The notes beneath the pieces are model-generated. The model ran no database searches. It worked only from the letters and a program-made list of their open reading frames with translations, and was not told where the DNA came from. This document shows, in pieces, positions 56,378-64,000 of a DNA stretch of 64,000 nucleotides (positions within the stretch are counted from its first letter, which is position 1; each line of letters starts with the position of its first letter). The DNA is from Octopus vulgaris (lineage: Eukaryota), in NCBI GenBank assembly GCA_951406725.2, contig OX597814.1:74090001-74154000 (forward strand). The letters are read 5' to 3'. The translations under genes and the position numbers were made by a program.

Positions 56378-57213
56378 TTTTCGTCCTAAAAAACTTTGTA
56401 TGGAGTGAAAGGTTACCTCTATGGAAATATATACACACACATTATACATACATCTGTGTATAGATGAATGCATTTAAATATCTATATACACTTTTGGGCG
56501 ATCTTTCTTTTTCTTAGAGATAACTTTAGATCTTATTTTCGTCCTAAAAAACTTTGTATGGAGTGAATGGTTACCTCTATGGAAATATATACACGCACAT
56601 TATACATACATGTGTGTATAGATGAATATATAAATACATTTAAATATCTATATACACTTTTGGACGATCTTTCTTTTTCTTAGAGATAACTTTAGATCTT
56701 ATATTCGTCCTAAAAAACTTTGTATGGAGTGAAAGGTTACCTCTATGGAAATATATACACACACATTATACATACATCTGTGTATAGATGAATATATAAA
56801 TACATTTAAATATCTATATACACTTTTGGGCGATCTTTCTTTTTCTTAGAGATAACTTTAGATCTTATTTTCGCCCTAAAAAACTTTGTATGGAGTGAAT
56901 GGTTACCTCTATGGAAATATATACACACACGTTATACATACATGTGTGCATAGATGAATATATAAATACATTTAAATATCTATATACACTTTTGGGCGAT
57001 GTTTCTGCTACTTGTATATACTTTAGATCTTATATTCGTCCTAAAAAACTTTGTATGGAGTGAAAGGTTACCTCTATGGAAATATATACACACACATTAT
57101 ACATACATCTGTGTATAGATGAATATATAAATACATTTAAATATCTATATACACTTTTGGGCGATCTTTCTGCTACTTGGATATAGGTGTTATATTCGTC
57201 GTAAAAAACTTTC
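56376..57213. repeat. ~165-bp tandem repeat, about 5 copies
   Basis: TCG(T/C)C anchors at 56381, 56539, 56705, 56871, 57036 and 57196. Confidence 0.95.
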
Positions 57214-57379
57214 CTGTCACACACTCACGCACACACACACACACACGTACACACACGTTAGCTTACAATTTTATTTATATATTTGCGTGTCTATGTGTGT
57301 AAAGTGGAAGTGGGAATGTAGAGTGAAAGAGTCACTCACTACAGAAAGTGAATTACTTTCACTTTATTCGTTGCACACT

Positions 57380-57623
57380 GTGTGTGTGCGTTTGCGTGTG
57401 CTGTATCCCACACTAAGAGAAGCATTTGACTCATACACCACAATGTGAGTTTTCTCTAAATTTTGCTTAATTGGGGTTGAAATTTTAAAAAGTGGACCTG
57501 TCACGACCCGATGCATTCTACTCTTAAAAATGCTAGGTAAATTGTAATTGAAGAAATCCTATATTGTAGATTTCTATAAGATACAAAGGGAGGCAGATAA
57601 AATCTGCCTTTTATAATAAGAGA
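57380..57623 (-). mobile_element. Helitron-like 5' terminus (type B); second copy at ~58875-59120
   Basis: The minus strand begins TCTCTTATTATAAAAGGCAGATTTTATCTGCC. The two copies are near-identical. Confidence 0.6.
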
Positions 57624-57635
57624 TATATATATATA

Positions 57636-58032
57636 CTAGCAGTATCGCCCGGCGTTGCTCGGGTTTGTAAGGGAAATAACTATATAAGCATTTTTAGAGA
57701 GTTATAGCCAAAAAATAGGAAAAAAATGCATTAAAAATGGAAAAAAAATTAAGGTAAATTTCTTTTTAAATCGTTGACACATCGTAGATATTTTTAGAGA
57801 GTTACTTCCCTTATATAATAGCGAAAAAAATGCATTAAAATGGAAAAATATGATGGTAAATTTTTTTAAATCGTAGACTCATCGTAGACGCGCGCTAATA
57901 CCCAGTAGGGCTCGATATGACTGACGACTATAAGATACCCGGTTTTGGTTACACTGCACCGCAAAATGTGGGAGTAGTTAGGAATCTAAATCGTAGGAGA
58001 CAGACACACAACTTCACTCTTATATATAAAGA
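57636..58032 (-). mobile_element. Complete non-autonomous Helitron
   Basis: 5' TC (TCTTTATATATAAAG), 3' hairpin CCCGAGCAACGCCGGG + CTAG, inserted between A and T. Shares its 5' ~230 bp with 56145-56377. Confidence 0.85.
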
Positions 58033-58140
58033 TATAAGTCACGTAGTTATATACACATACTTTGTTATATACACATTCTTAAAAGAAAATGTTATTTTGA
58101 ACACAACATTTATAAAGAATAAAATATTTTTTGGTTTTTC

Positions 58141-58815
58141 TTAACCCTTTCGTTACTATATTTCTGACCAAAATACACCCCTTATGTGTTTCAATTAATT
58201 TCTAACGTAATCATAAATTTAGTCTGGTTTCATTAAACAACAATAACTTTTTTATTTATCAATATATTAATGTGATTTTTGGAAGATAATTTAATGAAAT
58301 GTCCTCAACCAATTCTATACTATAATTTTTGTCACAAAGTGACTCTAATTGCAGGTAGATACAGTTAAATTCAACAAAATATAAAATTATTAAAATTTTG
58401 TTCAAACATCGCTATAGAAAATGGGTTATTAGCTAATATTCAATTGGGTACACAACAAAATTTTACGATAGAATTTGTTATTCTAGGTAACTTTCTGATA
58501 CCCATAATAATATTTATGGCAAAATAGGCCTTAATTTCATTTAAGGTTGTGGGAAATAACAAACTATCCTTTCTTTCGTTTTGTTTACGTTTAGCGTAAC
58601 GTTTCGTTTCCACGGTAATGATTTCAAATGGGCTCATTCGAAAAAGTAAATAGAAATAGTTTAAGGCTTTACTCTTCTGGGAAAGTCTGTGGCTTGGTGC
58701 AGTTTCTTCAGAAAAATCACCGAAAGAAACAGTTTTTAAATTTTCACTCCATTCAGGTACCAATTCATTTTCTTAATCGCTGTCGGATTCACTGTTTTCA
58801 CTTTAATAGCTGCCA
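58141..58815 (-). mobile_element. piggyBac remnant
   Basis: TTAA-CCCTTTCG terminus. Minus ORF YFYLLF..IITVETKRYA..PTTLNEIKAYFAINIIMGIRKLP is the piggyBac transposase N-terminal region. Confidence 0.8.
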
Positions 58816-59223
58816 ACTTGCAAAGACAAAGGAGGAGAAGGGTGATAGCGTCAGTGAAACAATTCGCTCCGTTTGTGTGTGTGTGCGTTTGCGTGTGGTG
58901 TAAGCCACACTAAGAAAAACATTTGACATATACACCACAATGTGAGTTTTGTGTAAATTTTGCTTAATTGGGGTTGAAATTTTAAAAAGTGGACCTGGCA
59001 CGACCCGATGCATTCTACTCTTAAAAATGCTAGGTAAATTGTAATTGAAGAAATCCTATATTGTAGATTTCTATAAGATACAAAGGGAGGCAGATAAAAT
59101 CTGCCTTTTATAATAAGAGATACACACACACATATTTATATATATATTTATATATACATATACATACATATATAAATATTTATATATACATATACATACA
59201 TACATATATATTTATATATACAT

Positions 59224-59267
<44 letters not shown>

Positions 59268-59270
<3 letters not shown>

Positions 59271-61975
59271 TGCGATCAAGCCTTATGCATAACACTTACG
59301 GAAACACACCTGAAACCGGACATAGCAGATGCGGAAATACACATACCATAGTATGTTGTACTACGGACCGACAGAAAAGAAAGGAGTCATGGAGGAGTTG
59401 CTATGTACATCCGCGAGGACCTCACACCTCAGGTTCTTTTGTCATACTCAAATTCGGTGTTTAACACACTAATTGTACATATAAGGCAACTTGGTGTAGT
59501 TATATGTGCTACATATCGCCCTCCTGATTCTCCAAGCCATGTAGGCAAGTTTGAAGCCTGCCTTATAAAAATAGAAGTTGTAGTCACATTAGAACAACAC
59601 ATAAGTGTATTTCTTATGGGAGACTTCAATCTGCTCAATGTCAGATGGCCCGAGGGCCTTTCTCTCCCAGGAATGACACGAAGCGAACGAGGACCTCACC
59701 AACACTCTGTACATGGAGCAAATAATACTCCAACCAACCAGGGCAGGTAACACACTGGATCTCTGCTTCACAAATAATATGGATCTCATTCATAATGTGA
59801 AAGTGACACCGACACTATCCCCGGATCACAACATGGTAGTGCTGACCATGTACGAGCCAAAGGAAAGCATGGACATGCAGTCTACAAGAAACTCTCAGAA
59901 TCTTTCCAGCTTGAACTTCCATAAGGCAAACTGGAAACAAATTGAGAAAGAGATCCTCAAACAAAACTGGCCTGAATGTCTCTCCTCGCCAGACATCGAC
60001 ATGAAACTTCAACAATTCACGTCTGTAATGCAAGCCATATGCTACAAATGTGTCCCAGAGAGAAAAGCCACTGTACACAAGAACAAAATCCCCAGAGAGA
60101 GGAAAATTCTAATGAGACGGCGTACAAAAGTTTCAAATCGCCTAAACAAAAAAAATTGAAAGCAGTGAAAAGTCGCGCCTGAAAATAAAACTGTTGGAAA
60201 TTGAAAAATGTTTGCAACTCTCCCATGAAAAAGAAAGAGCAGACAATGAAGCCTGGGCTATAGACAACATAAAATCTAACCCCAGAGCTTTCTACAGGTA
60301 TGCCAAAGAAACAGCTACGGTGCACTGTAGGATAGGACCACTCCTTGAAAAGGATAGCACACTCATAGGAAATCCAATGAGGATAAGTGAAATACTAAAT
60401 GAGCAATTCAAGAGTATTTTCTCTCCACTCCTAGGGCATTTTCAAGTCAGCAATCCAACTGATTTCTTTACCACTGCAGATCTAAAATCAGAGGCAGCGA
60501 TGATTGATTACATCAATATAAAGGAAGACGATGTAATAAAGGCTATAGATGAAATGAAAACAGACTCAGCTACTGGCCCCGATGGATTCCCAGCAATCCT
60601 TCTAAAAGTATGTAAGACCACTGCAGTTCCTCTTTCAGAGCTTCCTTGCAGCTGGCAAACTTCCAAAAAAACTGAAGGAAGGTAAAATATGCCCTATTCA
60701 TAAAGGAGGTAGCAGAGCGGAGCCCAAGAACTACAGACCTATCTCTCTGACCTCACACATCAGCAAGGTCATGGAACGAATAGTCAGAAGGAAACTAATC
60801 ACCTTCCTTGAAGAAAATGACTTGCTGCCTGACACCCAACATGGTTTCCGGCCAGGAAGAAGCTGCCTAACTCAGCTCCTACAACACTATGACTGGGTGC
60901 TGAAACGACTGCTCAACCACTCAAATGTGGAAGTCATATATCTCGACTTTGCAAAGGCCTTTGATAAAGTCGATCATGGAATGATATGTCACAAACTGCG
61001 TGATCTTGGCGTAGTTGGAAAATTGGGAGAATGGCTTCATGACTTTCTGAAGGATAGAAGCCAGGTGGTAGTGGCCAATGGGACTACTTCCATTAACACG
61101 CAAATAGTGAGCGGTGTTCCGCAGGGCACTGTTTTGGGACCACTACTGTTCATAATGGCCCTCTCAGACATGTCCTCAGCCACGCAGAGAGCCACGATCA
61201 CAAGTTATGCAGATGATACACAAGTTTCGCAGGCAATACAGAACCCTGAAGACACTGTGCACCTGCAATGTGAGCTGAACAAAATATACAAGTGGGCTGA
61301 AAAGAATAGCATGCAGTTCAATGCTGAAAAGTTTCAAGCTTTATACTATCAGCATGCAAAACTAAATGCAGTACCCAATAAATACACTGAACCTGGAGGG
61401 ATTGCAGTCCCAGAGGCACAATCAGTGCGAGACCTGGGTATTTAAATGAGTGATGATGCAACCATTCATGTGCATGTTGCTAAATTGGCAATGAAATGTA
61501 GGCGGCTGACCGGATGGATTCTTAGAACCAGTGTCAAGTTAATCACAGAACTTGAGGCGATCCAACGAAGCTACACGAAGGAGATAGCCTCTGTGCAGCA
61601 TATATATGCTACTAGGAAAGACTCAAGAGATTAAGACTCTATTCCTTAGAGCGTAGGTGAGAAAGATATGCCATAATATACATCTGGAAGATCCTAGAAG
61701 GACTTGTCCCAAACTTTGGCATCGAGAGTTACACAAATACTAGAACTGGGCGCCACTGCATAGTGCCAAGGACTCCAAATTTGCCATCAAGATGTAGGAC
61801 AAGATACTGTGAAAGCCTGGGCTTCAGAGGCCCACAGCTCTTCAATATCCTCCCGAAGAACCTGAGAGACCTGCATGGGGTGGATCCAGTCTTTAAAATA
61901 AAACTGGATCTCTTTCTGTCAGGTGTCCCAGATGAACCAACTTCACGGCAGGAGGTGCAGATGAGGATAATATCG
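59268..61975 (+). mobile_element. CR1-type LINE ORF2 pseudogene (APE endonuclease + RT)
   Basis: [78 protein letters not shown], with several frameshifts and stops. Confidence 0.95.
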
Positions 61976-62032
61976 ATATTATCAAGTGGCCAGCATGGGA
62001 ATAAATACCATACAAAGGTAATAATTTTTTAC

Positions 62033-62179
62033 AACTATAAATAAGGGTATCTGAGAGACACTACCATGCCGAAATAGCAGTCAAACCCTGACTCTAAGGT
62101 GGTTTTTAGGTGGTTTTTAGAGTCAGGGTTTGACTGCTATTTCGGCATGGTGGTGTCTCTCAGATACCCTTATTTATAG

Positions 62180-62181
<2 letters not shown>
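62033..62181. repeat. Near-perfect 65-bp-arm inverted repeat
   Basis: 62033-62097 versus 62117-62181, with one mismatch (a G-U pair in + RNA) and a 19-nt loop. Confidence 0.9.
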
Positions 62182-62237
<56 letters not shown>

Positions 62238-62487
62238 AATCTACGTCTCTACGCTTTCCATTCGTGATGACAAAATATGAACTCCTATTGGAATTTACAT
62301 ACCACGGACGGGGAGCATTTCTACCACTTCTACACACTACTTTCCTTGAATAATGTATAACATCTTTATACATTCTTATTTTCATTTCTACTTTCATTCT
62401 CCTATTTCCCTATATTAGTTGCTTCCTTTTCCAAAATAACTCCTAATATTGAACTCTAATAATTTCCTCTATCTAACATATCACAAT

Positions 62488-62535
62488 GTCTCTGATGAAG
62501 GGATATCCATAATATCCCAGAAACAGCTGTAAGAC
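62488..62535 (+). ncRNA. Minimal type-I HHR in sense orientation upstream of the SLC6 exon
   Basis: GUCU-CUGAUGA-A-GGGAUAU-CCAUA-AUAUCCC-A-GAAA-CAGCUG-UA/AGAC. Predicted cut after 62531. Confidence 0.85.
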
Positions 62536-62601
62536 TTAACTTTCTCTTTATAAATGTCCTGAAAATTCCACACAGCCTTGGCTTTGTTGTCTCATTTTAT
62601 T

Positions 62602-62655
<54 letters not shown>

Positions 62656-62723
62656 GCATATATGTATATACTTATTTGTGTATTCTACGCATAAGGTTTT
62701 AATATTTTTTATCTTATAGCAAA

Positions 62724-63093
62724 ATGGATGCAAATAAACTCCCACCAAAGTTACAACGCTCAAATTCGTACTTAGTAAGTATTTCAGACAACGAAGATGG
62801 GTTAAGTCAAATATCTGGCACTCCTCGTCAACTCAGCATCTCAACTATAGATGGGATTGGGAAAAAGCAGCAAAGCTCGAACGGAACTTGCCCTTCAGTC
62901 GCTAGTGACACAACTAATAAGTCAACTGAAGTATTAATGGAAGCTCTCCGAATGGAAGAGGAACAAAATGCTCCGACCAAGTCTCGAGGAGCCTGGGATA
63001 ACAAATTTCAGTATATGTTAGCAGTAATTGGCTATGCAGTTGGATTAGGGAACGTCTGGCGTTTCCCTTACCTGGTTCAGAAAAATGGCGGAG
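62724..63093 (+). CDS. First coding exon of an SLC6/NSS Na+-dependent transporter (B0AT/SLC6A15-20-like)
   Basis: [37 protein letters not shown] is the SLC6 TM1 signature. Donor GAG|GTAAGA after 63093 (phase 1). A T-rich acceptor TTATAG| ends at 62719, 4 nt before the ATG. Confidence 0.93.
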
Positions 63094-63611
63094 GTAAGAT
63101 ATATTCTTCAATTGAAATAGTGGAAGTTGTGATATTAAAATATATATAGATAAATCGACAAAACAATATCTAGGAATCACGAGATTAAAAATAAATGACA
63201 CAGACGCTTAACATGAAGCACTTTGATCAAATTTTACAAACTATTACGCAATCTTATATAACTTGATTGGACTGGTTTTAAAAAGACAGCTTATTTTTAT
63301 TGTCACATGACGCTTTCTTACCACAAAGGAGTTACGAGCAGCCCATTCATCCCTATACATAAGTCATCGTAAAGAAAATCATACTGGAATGTGAATGTAA
63401 ATAACAGAATATAAATTTAGGGATAGGTTTGAATTTATAATTAATGCAGAATGTATCAAAATGGTTGGTTTATTTAGGTATAGGAAAAACTTACGCAATG
63501 TAGTTTTTAAACGGGAGAAGGAAAAGATTAAAAGTTATAAAATATATTTGGCTTAATTTCAGAAAGAACACGTGTAACTATTTTACAGATATACTAAAAA
63601 TGATGTTATCT

Positions 63612-64000
63612 ATACGAAAAGCATCTGGACTGTTGCCATAATAACGAAGCTAAAGCACAGAGAGAGAGAAGCCGCTTGGCAAACATTGACCCTGAACTCT
63701 GCTCACTTCCGCTATTTACAGCAGTGCTTGCAAGTAACGAGTTGAGCGTGTGATCGTCGCATTGACCATGACAGAGAAGGTTGTCATAGCGATACCTGTT
63801 CAGAGGCCTACGCAAAGTTTCAGAAAATGTATGGAGAAGAGTGTATGAGCTGCACACAAGTGTACGAGTGGTTCAGACGTTTCCAAGATGGCTGAAAAAT
63901 GTCGATATTGACAAACGTTCTTGGAGACCCTCAACCAGCAGAACTGAGTAAAATATCGCAGATGTACGTGCAGCTTGAGGAGAAATCGTCGAATCAGCAT
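63612..64000 (+). mobile_element. Decayed mariner (different family), runs off the window
   Basis: AYAKFQKMYGEECMSCTQVYEWFRRFQDG..KRSWRPSTSRT is a mariner HTH region. Confidence 0.8.

Noticed and set aside
56376-57213. CRISPR-like regular repeats
   Set aside because: Whole units are repeated with no unique spacers, there are no cas genes, and the context is eukaryotic.
63094-63149. C-terminal part of the 141-aa ORF (KIYSSIEIV..)
   Set aside because: Read-through into the intron after the GTAAGA donor.

Overview
This is AT-rich, microsatellite-saturated metazoan genomic DNA. The SINE and repeat content looks cephalopod/Octopus-like, which is an inference. Nearly all long ORFs in the track are artefacts of simple repeats. 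The only host-gene signal is a first coding exon of an SLC6 (NSS, B0AT/nutrient-amino-acid-transporter-like) gene at 62720-63093 (+). It is preceded by a splice acceptor, so much of the window may be its 5' intron or intergenic DNA. The rest is nested, decayed transposons: several Penelope-like elements (PLEs), mariner and Tc1 (IR/DR) elements, a FLYWCH-MULE (Phantom-like), a foldback element carrying telomeric CCCTAA repeats, stacked Helitron pieces with a ~165-bp satellite, a piggyBac remnant, CR1 and RTE LINE pieces, and many tRNA-derived SINEs. The main hidden signal is a set of at least five sequence-unrelated families of minimal type-I hammerhead ribozymes (HHRs) in PLE terminal repeats. 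Each family has a different palindromic stem III. One family carries the compensatory U3-A8 core (UUGAAAA) with stem II covariation, and one HHR lies in sense orientation about 190 nt upstream of the SLC6 3' splice site.
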